Assembly (NCBI GenBank): GCA_013265495.1
Contig: MU060007.1
Span: 19,240,913 to 19,304,912 of the forward strand
Length of the DNA: 64,000 nt
Source: Vicugna vicugna
Lineage: Eukaryota
Direction: 5' to 3'
The notes below the pieces were generated by a model that searched no databases, was not told where the DNA came from, and worked only from the letters and a program-made list of their open reading frames with translations. Shown here piece after piece: positions 1-10,900 of this stretch (position 1 is the first letter of the stretch; the number at the start of each line of letters is the position of its first letter). Position numbers and translations under genes: made by a program.

Positions 1-37
1 GTATTTTGTTTCCCAGTCACCAGCATGATATAAGGAG

Positions 38-201
38 GTGGTTCTCAAACTCTGCTGCCTATTAGAACTACCTGGGAAGCTTTCAGAATCCAAATACCCA
101 GGCTACACTTCATAACAAGTCAATTTAAATCTTTGGGGCTTCATTTTTTTAAAAATATAAAACATCATAGGCAATTCCAATGTGCAGCCAGCACTGAACC
201 A
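38..201. mobile_element. MER5-family hAT-Charlie MITE (copy 1 of 3 adjacent)
   Basis: Begins GTGGTTCTCAAAC, contains ATTAGAACTACCTGGG, ends CAATGTGCAGCCAGC..GAACC; matches recalled MER5 layout. Confidence 0.75.
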
Positions 202-212
202 GAGACACAAGA

Positions 213-368
213 CATGGCTTGTCAAACTTCACTGTACACACGAATCACCTGGGTATACTGTAAAAATGCACACTCTGATGCAGCTGATTTGAGTTGGAGC
301 CCAAGAGTCTACATTTTTAATAAGCTCTCAGGTGATGCTAAGGCTGACGCAGATGGTACTTTCGGCAG
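213..368. mobile_element. MER5A-like MITE (copy 2)
   Basis: CAAACTT..GAATCACCTGGG..AAATGCA..TACATTTTTAATAAGCTCTCAGGTGATGCT. Confidence 0.7.
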
Positions 369-380
369 TAGAGATGTACT

Positions 381-560
381 GCAGTGGTTCTCAAATTGTA
401 GTGTGTATCTGAGTCACCTGGAGGGTTTATCAAAACACAGATTGTTAAGGCCCACTTCCAGAATTTCTGATTCAACAGGTCTGGAGTGGGGCCTGAGGAT
501 CTGAATTTCTAATATGTTCTTAGGTGATGCTGAAGCCACCTGTTCTGGAGACCACAGCAC
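381..560. mobile_element. MER5A MITE (copy 3)
   Basis: CAGTGGTTCTCAAA..GAGTCACCTGGAGGG..TTTCTGATTCAACAGGTCTGGAGTGGGGCCTGAG..TTTCTAA..GGTGATGCTGA..GGAGACCAC. Confidence 0.85.
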
Positions 561-629
561 CACTGATGCAAAGTATGCTACAAGGGACTGGAATGATGTT
601 GAATGAGCTGATTGCTGTATCTGCAACAG

Positions 630-784
630 ATGGAGACCATGTGGAGTTTCTAATGAATTCAAAGAGTTTATATTCCATTTGGATCCAACAGATAGAGAAA
701 GACCCAGAGGAGAAAGTGAAATGCAATTACTTATGCCAAATCCAGTTACCTTTATCTCTCTTCCTTCCATACATGGCATTACTG
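630..784 (+). other. Candidate internal exon (155 nt) of an unidentified transcript
   Basis: Acceptor GTATCTGCAACAG (AG 628-629), strong donor CTG|GTGAGT (785); two of three frames open; no homologue recognised. Confidence 0.35.
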
Positions 785-1312
785 GTGAGTTTGCTGGAGA
801 GACCTCACAGGAACACAGAGCTGGGTGGCAGAAGAAGGAAAAGGAAAGAGAGTATATTAGTTTTCTGTCTCAGTAAACAGACAGGACTGTTTACCGCCAC
901 ATTTCACTCTTTGGATAATCCAGGGGAAAATAACTGAATGTTAGGTGGATGGCAAAGGGAAACAGTCTGTGGCTCATGTGATTCCCATGGGAAGAGATCT
1001 CAAGTGATACCCAGTTTACTGCTAGTTCGATAGACACACATCAGATGGGTACTGTGTCTTCACTGCAGAGCACTCTGAGAGGAAATTTTCCTGAATGCAT
1101 CAGCAACTAACAGCTTTTTCAAAAAGAGTTTTATCATAAGCAAGGCAAATAAAATTGTCATAAGGCAATAGCAATCTTCAAACAACATGTTTCATTGTAT
1201 TTACTATATCTAATAGAGTTTCATTCAAAATTATAGTTTGGGATCACTACTTACACTTTATTAGGATACCTTCTAACTCCCCATTTTCCCTCCTCCTACT
1301 CCACATTCACAG

Positions 1313-1502
1313 GGTACTGCACTCCCAAAATGGAGGTCCACCATCTCACTCATGGTTACGACATAAGCCAAATGAACCCGAGAATACTGTTACCTGAGGC
1401 TCCATGACCTCCATCTGTTGAGGAACTTGATACAGTCAAGCACCTGAACCAGTGCAACAGTCTTCATTAACAGAGGAGGAGACAATTCCAAGTGAGAAGC
1501 AG
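1313..1502 (+). other. Candidate exon (possibly stop-containing or terminal)
   Basis: Branch point TTCTAAC 1271-1277, ~30-nt pyrimidine-rich tract, CAG at 1310-1312; possible donors CAA|GTGAGA (1492) or CAG|GTGTGA (1503). Confidence 0.35.
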
Positions 1503-1674
1503 GTGTGACTGGTAGTCTCTGACACTTCTCTTGAGTTTCAGCTCAAAGTGACCATAAAGTCGCCCCTAACTTGCCCCTAGGGATTTCAAAGCTGCTTCTC
1601 TGACACTAGTAGAAGGTCTATCAAAATTAGTGAAATGCAGGGCTTGGGAATGCAAAGACATATATGACAGTGAC

Positions 1675-2510
1675 CTGTTTTTATTCACAACACTTTTAAC
1701 ACCAAACAAGGGGTTTTGTGTGTGTGTGTGTGTGTTTCCCCTCAGAGCAACCAATTCTATATCCAGACACCAACTGTGTGTCCAAAAATTCAATTCACTT
1801 CTGATATTTACTACCCAGAGTTAGCACAGCCCTCACAGGTTAAGGGCTCAGACTCACAAGATACCCCACCCCAACCCCAGATGCCTGCCATAAGTCCCAG
1901 GACTTCCATTCTTCTGTCTGAATGACTCTGAGTTGGGATCTCCCATGACCCATTTCCTCATGTTTGATAATTCGCTAGAACAGCTCATAGAACTCTGGAA
2001 TACATAACTTACATTTACTGGCTTACTATAAAGGGTACAACTCAGGAACAGGAAAATGGAGGAGATTTGTAGGGCAAGGCATTAGGGTAGGGATGAAGGC
2101 CTTCTATGCCCTTTCCAAATGTGCTAACCTTCAGCACATTAATGTATTCACTAACTGGAAGCTCCCTGAATCTCATCATTTATGGGTTTTTAATGAGGTT
2201 CCCTTACCTAGACACAATTGATTAAATTATTGGCTACTGGTGATTACCTCAATCACCAGCTCTCCTTTCTCCTCCCTGTAGATTGAAGAGTGAGGCTAAA
2301 ACTTCCAAACTTCAACTGAAAATTAAAAGCTTGGTCTTTTTGGCAACCAGCTCCCATCCTGAAACTCTCGAGGGGCCCACTAAGAGTCAGCTCCTTAGGA
2401 CAAATGATACTCTCATCATCTCTATCACTTAGAAATTCCAAAAGTTTTAGAAGTTCTGAGCCAGGAACTGGGAACAAAGACCAAATATCTATTCTACCAC
2501 ATATAGGGTC
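1675..2510 (+). mobile_element. MER21-family LTR
   Basis: ACCAATTCT..CAATTCACTTCTGA..CACAGGTTAAGGGCTCAG..CACAAGA; GATAATTCGCTAGAACAGCTCATAGAACTC; GATTAAATTATTGGC. Confidence 0.8.
1717..1735. repeat. (TG)9 microsatellite inside MER21
   Basis: Direct reading. Confidence 0.9.
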
Positions 2511-4357
2511 AAGCACCTTGGAATGTCTTGCAAACAAGTTATGGAGGTGGACGCAATAGTATAATTAACAATAAAAAATATGCATCATCATTAAGAACTA
2601 CAGACTCATAACAGTGTTACAGATCTTGAGAGGAGAGGAGTCAGTCACCAAGGGTAGGACAGCCTGGACTAATCTTCAAGATGAGTGTGGAAGTTATTGC
2701 ACTTATTCTGTGCCAGGCTAGGCACAGTCACGAAAAAAGAAAAGCCCTGGCGCTCACTTGTTCTGATCTGAGGAACAGTGGGGAAAAGGAGAGAGTGAAA
2801 TCAGCAGTGGAACCCCATGCCTGGATTTTATCATCCCCACTGGGGAAAGGGGGTGGGTGATAGGGAGACAGAGGGAAAGAAACTTCAGAAACATGAGATG
2901 AGTGACATTGGGAGGTACTGGCCTACCTTCCTAGTCACAGTAAAGTGCCCCCTGGAGCAACCCCAATTTGATGCTAACACAAATGTAATGCAGAAGTGAT
3001 GGTGTGGGAGAAGGTAGCAAGGAGGAAAGATGACGCAAGAGCACTTCAGCCCACCACACTTTGCAATGGGATGTCAAGGAGCCAAGAAGTCCCCGTGTGG
3101 TCCAGGAGGAGATGCTGAGTTTCTGAGAGAACCTGCAGAATGGCAAAGGTGCAGGAAGACATGATAGATGCCTCTGTGGGCAGAAAATTCAAGATGGCAG
3201 CAAGTGGTCAGGACCTTGAATGCAGGGAGAATACTCTAAAGAACTGGACAGGACCAGTCAGACCTCAGCAGGAACCAAGCAAATGGGCAGACCATTCTGG
3301 CCTCTCTTGCTGCAAAGGCCAGCAAAATTCAAAGATCACACTCAATGTTTAGTTAGGCAAATAATTTCAAGAAGTTCAGAGAAAAACAGAAGGAGCATTC
3401 TATGATTCTAACAGAAAATGTAATTGAGTGTGTAGATAAGGGGTTCAGTATAAAAGTAACAGCTGAAGCCAGGCTACTGGATGAAACCTCTAAGGTGCAG
3501 TGTTAGATGTGCCAATCATCTGGGAAGAAGGAATGTGGCTGACAAAGATGGAGGGGTGACCACCATACATGTTTACCTTTCCATTTCGTTGTAGAGAGTG
3601 AGGTTTAAAGGCAGGGACAGCAGTTTAAGATTTATAAAGATTTTATTGAAAGAGATTTCTAAGGCCACCCCAAACCTGTTGCCATTTCACTATTCACACA
3701 TCAGATGCTGGGAGCTGTGTTATCAACAGCATGTGGCAAAAAATTCAATTAAAAAAAACTTCTGAATTTTAGCAGGGTATCACTGGTTAATGATTATTAA
3801 AGCGAGACAACAGAGCAGCTTTGGAGGTAGGTGAATGTACACATAGCAGGCAGGGAAGAAGAAAGCTTTATGAAAAAGTGTGTGGTCAATGATACTGAAT
3901 GTCCATGAAGCCTAAAGTCTGAGCTAAGACTCAGAAGGGTTAGAATTAGAAGGAACCGACAAAAAATGGGAGTGGGGAAGGACAAAGGGAAGAAGACATT
4001 TCAACACATACAAGAAACGTTGCAGTAAAAAAGAGTGTATTTCAAAGTGTTTAGACAAAGAGTTTTTGAGTCACTAACCATTTAATATCTATCTTGGGGA
4101 TGCTTATGAAATTAGAAAAATGTGGTCCATATTTATAGACAAAGGTAGAATGAGGAATTATAGGAGCAATAATGAAGGCTTTAAGAGAGAGAGAGGGATG
4201 TATGATGGAGTGCGGCCCTGGAAGAAGGAGGAAGGGCTTAAGGAGGTGGGTAGGGATGGATGGGACCATCTCTTCTAAGACAGCAGAAGTGGAGGACAGC
4301 ACAACGGAACTCCAGACCATGAACTGCAGTCAAGATAAGGTATGCTACTGCTTACAG

Positions 4358-4573
4358 CATGGTTTCTCAACCTCAGCAGTGTTAACATGCTGGGCTGGAT
4401 AACTCTTTATTATGGTGGGCTGTTCTGTGCATGATTTTTAGCAGTATTCCTAACCTCTACCCATTGGATGCCAACAGCAACCCTCCAGGGGTGAGCATCA
4501 CAAAGTCTCTAGACATTACCAAATGTCTCCTGGGGGAGGCAAGGGCAAAATCACCCTCAGTTGAGAACCACTG
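4358..4573 (+). mobile_element. MER20 hAT DNA transposon, full length
   Basis: Termini TTTCTCAACC..TTGAGAACCACTG, typical internal sequence; 8-bp flanks GCTTACAG/GGTTAGAG match 6/8 (decayed TSD). Confidence 0.9.
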
Positions 4574-5897
4574 GGTTAGAGAGACTGGTGGGAGGCACCA
4601 AGGTGAGGAAGCTGCTCCCATATCAGAGGACCTCAAACCTCCAGGAGCTGAGACCACCTGGGAGAAAGAGGAATGTGTGTGCAGCACCCTGGTATAAACA
4701 CTGAGGCAGGGGTTATAAACAGTGGAGAAGGGACTAAATCCCACTAGAAAAACTTCCCTCCCTTTTCAGCGATTTCTTAAAGCAGCAAGGTTACATGGCC
4801 ATGTTAGAACCGCTCACTACCTTTCCCAAAAGGCAGCTGTGAATCTCACAAAATCCTTGTCACTGTTACATGTGCCGCAGTAGCTGAAGTTTAGAGCTAA
4901 CACATCTCTGCCTTTGTAAAATTACATAATCTATTTCTTAGGTTCAAAAGCCTTATGGGATGTTTATGGTAAATCACTGCAGCCGCTAACTTTCAAAGGT
5001 GCATGTGAAGCCCCTCACTTCTGACTCAAACTGGAAAGAATATTAAGTTTACCATTTGCAGGTGTAAGCTTCGGGAAACAAACCATGTGGCAAGTAGTGA
5101 TCTCTCTCAAATCCCTCCTAAACTCTTGTTCCCACTGCCATGAAGTGATTGGTGGCAGTGATGACTGAGCACTCATTTCTTCACATACTGGGGGTCTCCA
5201 GTAGCAAAGCCGCAAGCAGTTCCCCTACCTCAATATTACTTAAATAGGATTAGGGACCTGGCCCTGGCCCTGGATAAAGCTACACTTGCTGTTGTTTAGT
5301 TAGATGTATGGTTACGCAGAGCTTATCAAGTCAACAGCACAAGGTGGGGGTCATGTACTAAGAAAGCCAAAGATAAGAGTCAAGACTCCCCTCTCTCCAT
5401 AATTCTGGTCAAGGGACATTTTCCTGTCAACTTTTGTGAAGGAAAATATCTTCAAGAGAATGAAATCAAATTTCAGAGGAAAAAATGTCTCTTGCCTTTC
5501 ACCAAGCTTAGGAAAAGAATGTATATTTCCAGAATCCTCATTGCATTATCCTTTTCATATCCTGAAAATAACCTCTTCTGATGATATGGGGGTGTGCTAT
5601 AGGAGAAGTAACACTGGATTCATTCTCTTGTTCATTCATTTAACCTATATTGATTGGGCCCCTGGCACTATCTTCAGCTCTGTGGATAAATAATGATTAA
5701 GACCTGGAAGGTTCTTGCCCTCCTGGATTGTGATGGGAAGGGGTAGTGCTAATCATCACTCTGCTTTGAAAAAGTGCTGGTCTTTAGGCTTCTTTTATCC
5801 ATAAGACAAAGGGCAAGGACTTCAGTCTTAAAGCCTATTCTATCTTTATCATTCACAATTGGTGAGTCAGACGACAGCAGTGGACCAAACAACTGGT

Positions 5898-6290
5898 CTA
5901 TGCTTTGAACTGCATTGTGTTCACCCCACCGTGGAAAAAAAATCTCATGTTGAAGTCCTGTCCTTCAGTACATGAGACTGTGACCATATCTGGAATGGGG
6001 TTTTTCAGAAGTGATTAAGTAAAGTGAGGTCATTAGGGCAGACCATATGCCAGTAAGACTGACAGCCTTAGAATTTTGGAGACAGACAAGTTCAGAGAGA
6101 AGGCCATGTGAAGACACAGAGAAAAAATGGTCCCCTGCAAGCCAAGGAGTGGGGCCTCAAAAGGAACCAACCCTGCCGACACCTTGATCTCAAAGTTCCA
6201 GCCTCCACAACTGTGGGAAAAGACATTTCTACAGTTGGAGACACCCAATCTGTGGCATTCGGTTAGGGCAGCCCTAGCAAACCAGTACAG
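5898..6290 (+). mobile_element. MLT1 (MLT1B/C-like) solo MaLR LTR
   Basis: GGCCATGTGAAGACAC..GCAAGCCAAGGA..ACCAACCCTGCCGACACCTTGATCTC..TTCCAGCCTCC..GCAGCCCTAGCAAAC..ACA. Confidence 0.85.
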
Positions 6291-7569
6291 TGTATGTTAA
6301 ACACTAATTTAAAACATTTATATAAAAATCCCCAGGCATGGTTCTAACCCACCAAACTGAGTGAGAATGTCCCAGTATTAGGGCCTCGCTACATACAAAA
6401 TGTGTATGACATTACACATCTGATGTCACTAAAACCAGAACTCCACTGGTCTATAGGATTTAGTGAAGAAGCAGTCAGCTCACGGTATTGATACCCTTCA
6501 TCTTTTCAGATGTGTTATTCTTTTTCATGGAGACATTTACTGAACCCTCATCTCATGTCAGACGCTGCGTGAGATGAGGCGGCTAGCTTTCCCTGGACGT
6601 CCACTGTCCCACACTCTTGGCTTCCTAGGAATGTTGTCAAATTTAATTACTAAATGCTTGTTAAAGCTCTCCATGAAGCCTTTTGATGAAACAAACCCTC
6701 TAACTACAAAGTGTTGTTTAATATGGAGGTACAACCTGGAAGTCCTGCTGCTCCTGCCAGGCTGAGCTCCTTTTTTATGCAGATGACGCACCATCTTAAT
6801 CCATCTGGCATACTACCGAGCCCCACCGCAAGTTCAGGTCAGGGGCTCTATGGGTGTCCTTGCTACTTCCTCCCAATTCCTGTCTACTTTTTCACCTCAA
6901 TTGTTCCAGGGTGTTCCCGTCTGAAAAGCCCACTGGTATAATCTCACAGGAATGACCTTTATGACAGCTGTGTGTTGTTACTCCGGTGCAGTAGTACTGG
7001 GTTGACTTAAACATTAGTGTAAACATTTATCATTCTTGTACTCACTGTCATCTTCTGGAAGCAGAGCCCTGAGGGAATGAATGTGCATGGAAGGCTGGCT
7101 ATGTAGAGCTGAAAGGAGGTAGAGAAAGTTCTCTAGAAGCCACAATTTATCTAGAAGCCACAGGAGAGGACCAGGAAGAGGGAGGGCTGTAGTAGGAAGT
7201 TGGAAAGGGGGAGGCTCCCTGGCACTGTAGCCAAAGGATCTCCTTATCATTGAGGTCATTTGCATTTTGCATGGATGTTCTTAAAAGAGAGGAGGTAAGC
7301 ACCAGAGATAGGACTGAATGGGAGCTTTTCACCAGATGTGCAGAAAAAGGCTTACAGTTGTGCCCAAAAGCCTAGATTATGGATTCTCTTCAGCCCTCAG
7401 AGTAGTCTGCTGGCCTAGGAGAACCAGTCCCCAGGCCTGTCCCCTAAAACAGCTGGAAACCTAATCAGGGATTTAAATTCCCTTTAGTTTAACCGATAGG
7501 TAGAAAAACAACAACTTTTTTTCATGTGTTCCATAATGGGAAAAAAATTAGGAACAACAGGATTAATGA

Positions 7570-8040
7570 CCTTCTACTGCTTCCTCTCTCATTCTTCCAG
7601 TTTAATCTCTACACAACATCCAGATGGATCCTGCTAAAATGCCCTGCTTTGGTTCAAATCCTTACAAAATTGCCCATTGTTCTTAGGATAAATCCCTTTA
7701 CGTGGCTAACAAAGCCCTTCATGATCTGCCTCTTTGTATGCTATAGGCCACATATCTTACCATTTCCCACCTCGTTCTCTGCTCTGACCAAGCTGAGCTG
7801 TTTTTAGTTCCTCCAAGTCATGCAGATTCTCAATCACAGGTTTACCTCCCTCAGTTTGGAATACCACTGCCCACTTCTAACCCCCTCCCCACCCCCAACA
7901 CACACACCTGGGCAACTTCTACTTGTTCATATGGGAAGGAATCATATCTGCTTTGCTCACCATTGGTATCCAGTGCCTGGTACACTGTTTCACATGTAAC
8001 AGTACTTACTGGGTGGGTGGATGGATGAATAAATGAGTTT
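7570..8040 (+). mobile_element. L2 LINE 3' region
   Basis: AAAGCCCTTCATGATCTG..CCAGTGCCTGGTACA..GGATGGATGAATAAATGA tail. Confidence 0.7.
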
Positions 8041-8334
8041 CTTTCACATTGGAGAATCAATAGTTTTCTTGCTTTTAACTTATTTTAGTTTCTCTTTTGT
8101 TTTTAATTCTGTATCAACACTGGAAATAAGATAACTTTCTCCTCATCGAATCTCCTCAAAGGGGTCCAACCATCACTGGACACATTAGAGACATAAACTT
8201 TCACAAAATCAGGGCTCTGGTAGCAAAGAAGACTGGGAAGTAAATACTGGGCAAGAAACTACTCATGATTTCTGTAGTGTACAGGAGAGGGAATGAAGAC
8301 GAGGGAGGAAGTAATGAAGGAAGGACTATAATTC

Positions 8335-9215
8335 AACAATCCTGAGTTCCTGTTATGCCATGAGCATAGCGCTAAGTATTAGGGATGGGATGGTGTACAA
8401 GACAGAGGATCTCTCTCTTCAGAGATCTTGGAATCCATACACTAAAGTGACTGCATTTTGAAGAAAGTATTAAGAGGAGATAGATAGTTTCCATGGTCAA
8501 GTAGAGTGAGCCTATTTAACCTCACCCAGTGGGAAAGTTAACACTTCTTGAGGAAGAGACACTTGTGCTGAGATTTGAAAGATGACTAGGGGTTGTACAA
8601 CCAACATGTGAAGAAAAGAGTGTTCTAGGCTGTATGCCAAAGATCTGGCTTCCAGAGAAAGTGATGGGCTCAAAAAGCTGACAGGACATCAGTGTAATGG
8701 AGCGTAGACAGTGAGGGGTGTGCTCTGAAGTGAGTGTGGAGAAACAGACAGTTCATTCCACCCAGAGCCTTGAAGCTTTATCTCAAGGGCAAGTGAAAAC
8801 AAGGACTTTAGGTTAGAGAATGACATGATCAGATGTGTGTTTTGTAAAATCACCTTGCCCATAGTGTGGAGAATGTTCAAGAAGGACAAGTGGGGATGTT
8901 GGTCTCCACACAGAAGGTCCCTATGAAACATCAGATGATGGTGCCTGAACCAACGTGGCAGCAGGAAGACTAAAGAACGGTAGGCAGACGGAAGAGAGAC
9001 TCAGTAAACGGAAGCAGCAGGGCTTGATGACTTAACCAGCTAGGGAAGAAGTGAAAGAGAAGAGGAAAGGAAGGCTTTGGGGCTCCTTACCAGAAAAACT
9101 AGGTGAAATGTGCTGCCAGTTCCTACAATAGGGAAATACGGGGGCCATTCGGCAGGTGTAGGGAGTGAATAATGAGTTCAGTCCTCCATACTCGGGCTTG
9201 AGGTGACTGAGAAGT
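8335..9215 (-). mobile_element. L2 LINE fragment
   Basis: Purine-rich antisense L2 pattern: GACACTTGTGCTGAGATTTGAAAGATGA, GATCAGATGTGTGTTTTG, GATGATGGTGCCTGAACC, AATGAGTTCAGT. Confidence 0.7.
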
Positions 9216-9250
9216 CCCTGTATTGAAAAGAGTCATAGTATTTGCCACAA

Positions 9251-9528
9251 CCATGGTTCTCAAAGTGCGGCTGCAGAGCTGGTAGTTTCAACATTGTCTG
9301 GGAACTTGTTAGGAATGCACATTTTCCAGCCTCTCCCCAGATCTACTAAAGCAGAACCTCTGGGGTCCAGCTCTACAGCCCATTGTCCTTTTTATGAATA
9401 TTAGGATGCAATGAGATGTCATGGAAATAGTAACACTTGGAATTCAGAAGATATGGGTTCAAGTCACAAGATGTGACTTAAACAAGGCTTTCAGATGATT
9501 CTGATGCCCTCCCAAATTTGAGACCCAA
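9251..9528. mobile_element. MER5A with a MIR-like segment between its halves
   Basis: GGTTCTCAAAGTG..GGGAACTTGTTAGGAATGCA..GAACCTCTGGGG | GAAGATATGGGTTCAAGT..TGTGACTT | AACAAGGCTTTCAGATGATTCTGATGC..TTTGAGACC. Confidence 0.6.
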
Positions 9529-9699
9529 AGGAATATAGCCAATCTGTGATGAATAGGAATGAAAAATGATTAGAGAAAAGGAAAGAAAATAGGACACAGA
9601 AAATATAAGATCTGTATTACTCTGGGTGGGAAATTATTCTATTTTCTCCTACTTTGCTGACCAAACTGGATTGATTCGTCGCCTCTAACTGGCCTGTTT

Positions 9700-10160
9700 T
9701 GTATCTCACTGATGGCTCTTTTTTTCAATAGGTCTCCCTTCTTCCAGTTTCTCCTGAGCCAATTTCAGATGGCTGCTAGAGATATCTTAAAATACAGCTC
9801 CATAACCGTCCTCAGATTAAAGAGCTTCAGAGGCTCCAGGGGCCCACTCAACAAACCCCAAGATTCCTGGCTGGCAGTGAAGGCTGTCTGCACCCTAGAC
9901 CTTGTGTGACAGCTCACTCACCTGCCTTTCCCTCTACTCACACTCAGTACTCAATCCCAGCTGAGCTGGCCATCATTCCCAGAACATGCTTGGCACTTGC
10001 CCACCCTTATGATACGCCTCTTGTTCTTTCTCCTCCATCACACTCTATTTTCAACTGCTGGTATCCTACCCAGAGCCCAGAAGTCTTCAGTGATAATCTC
10101 AAACAGTGAAGTGCTGGGGGCTGGCCTACACACACCTTTTCCCAACTCATCATTCATTAA
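9700..10160 (+). mobile_element. L2 LINE fragment
   Basis: CTCAGATTAAAGAGCTTCAGAGGCTCC..TCACCTGCCTTTCCC..TCCCAGAACATGC pattern. Confidence 0.6.
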
Positions 10161-10339
10161 CTTTGTGCTGGTAGCTTGAGATCAGTCATGATGGTAGTAT
10201 TTACATTGCAGAAATGGGCAACCATTACAAATCAAGCCCCACCCACCCCTATTCCCAGAGCTCCAGTTGTTAAATATTTACTGGTACCTTACTGCCAAGA
10301 AGGAATGAGCCTGTTCTCCAGTGATCCGCTACAGCAAAG

Positions 10340-10700
10340 ACAAACTATGGAACACATTTGGACTGCTGCATGGTTTTACTGGCACAGAGCCACACCCATT
10401 CCTTGATGTATTGTCTAAGGCTTCTTTTGAAGTATAGTCAATTTACAATGCTGTGTTAATTTCCAGTGTACAGCAGTGATTCATTTATACCTGTATATTC
10501 CTTTCCATATTCTTTTTTATTATAGGTTATTACAAGGTATTAAATATAGTTCCCTGTGGTATACAGCAGGACCTCGTTGTTTAACTGTCTACAGCTTCCT
10601 TCACACTACAGTGACAGAGTAAAGTAGTAGCAACTGAGACCTTACAGTCTGCAAAGACTCAAACACTATCTGGATCTTTCTGAAAACATTTGCCAACCCT
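10340..10700. mobile_element. MER58A DNA transposon interrupted by an L1 3' end
   Basis: AAACTATGG..CAGAGCCACACCCATTC..TTGTCTA | insert | CTACAGTGACAGAGT..GAGACC..TTTGCCAACCC. Confidence 0.7.
10425..10585 (-). mobile_element. 5'-truncated L1 3' end (cetartiodactyl-type)
   Basis: TGAAGTATAGTCAATTTACAATGCTGTGTTAATTTC..ATAGGTTATTACAAG..AATATAGTTCCCTGTG; 13-bp near-duplicate flanks 10412-10424 and 10586-10598. Confidence 0.85.
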
Positions 10701-10779
10701 CACTCTTTAGCACAATATTGTGTATTCACTACTTTTAACACACTGCTTTTTATGACTAGTAGGTCCTGGAAATAACATT

Positions 10780-10900
10780 TGGAATTTAGAAGATGTGGTT
10801 CAAGTTTTTACTTTATAGCTATGAGTCTTGGTCAATTTACTTAACCTTGCTGAACTTGAATTTTCTCATCTAAAAGAAGAACATGGCTCTCATCTGAGAG
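10780..10900. mobile_element. MIR SINE fragment
   Basis: GGTTCAAGT..CTATGAGTCTTGGTCAATTTACTTAACCTT..TTTTCTCATCTAAAA. Confidence 0.7.

Noticed and set aside
4820-5215. Two phase-compatible minus-strand exon-like segments
   Set aside because: Weak acceptors and donors, no recognisable product; phase match has 1-in-3 odds.
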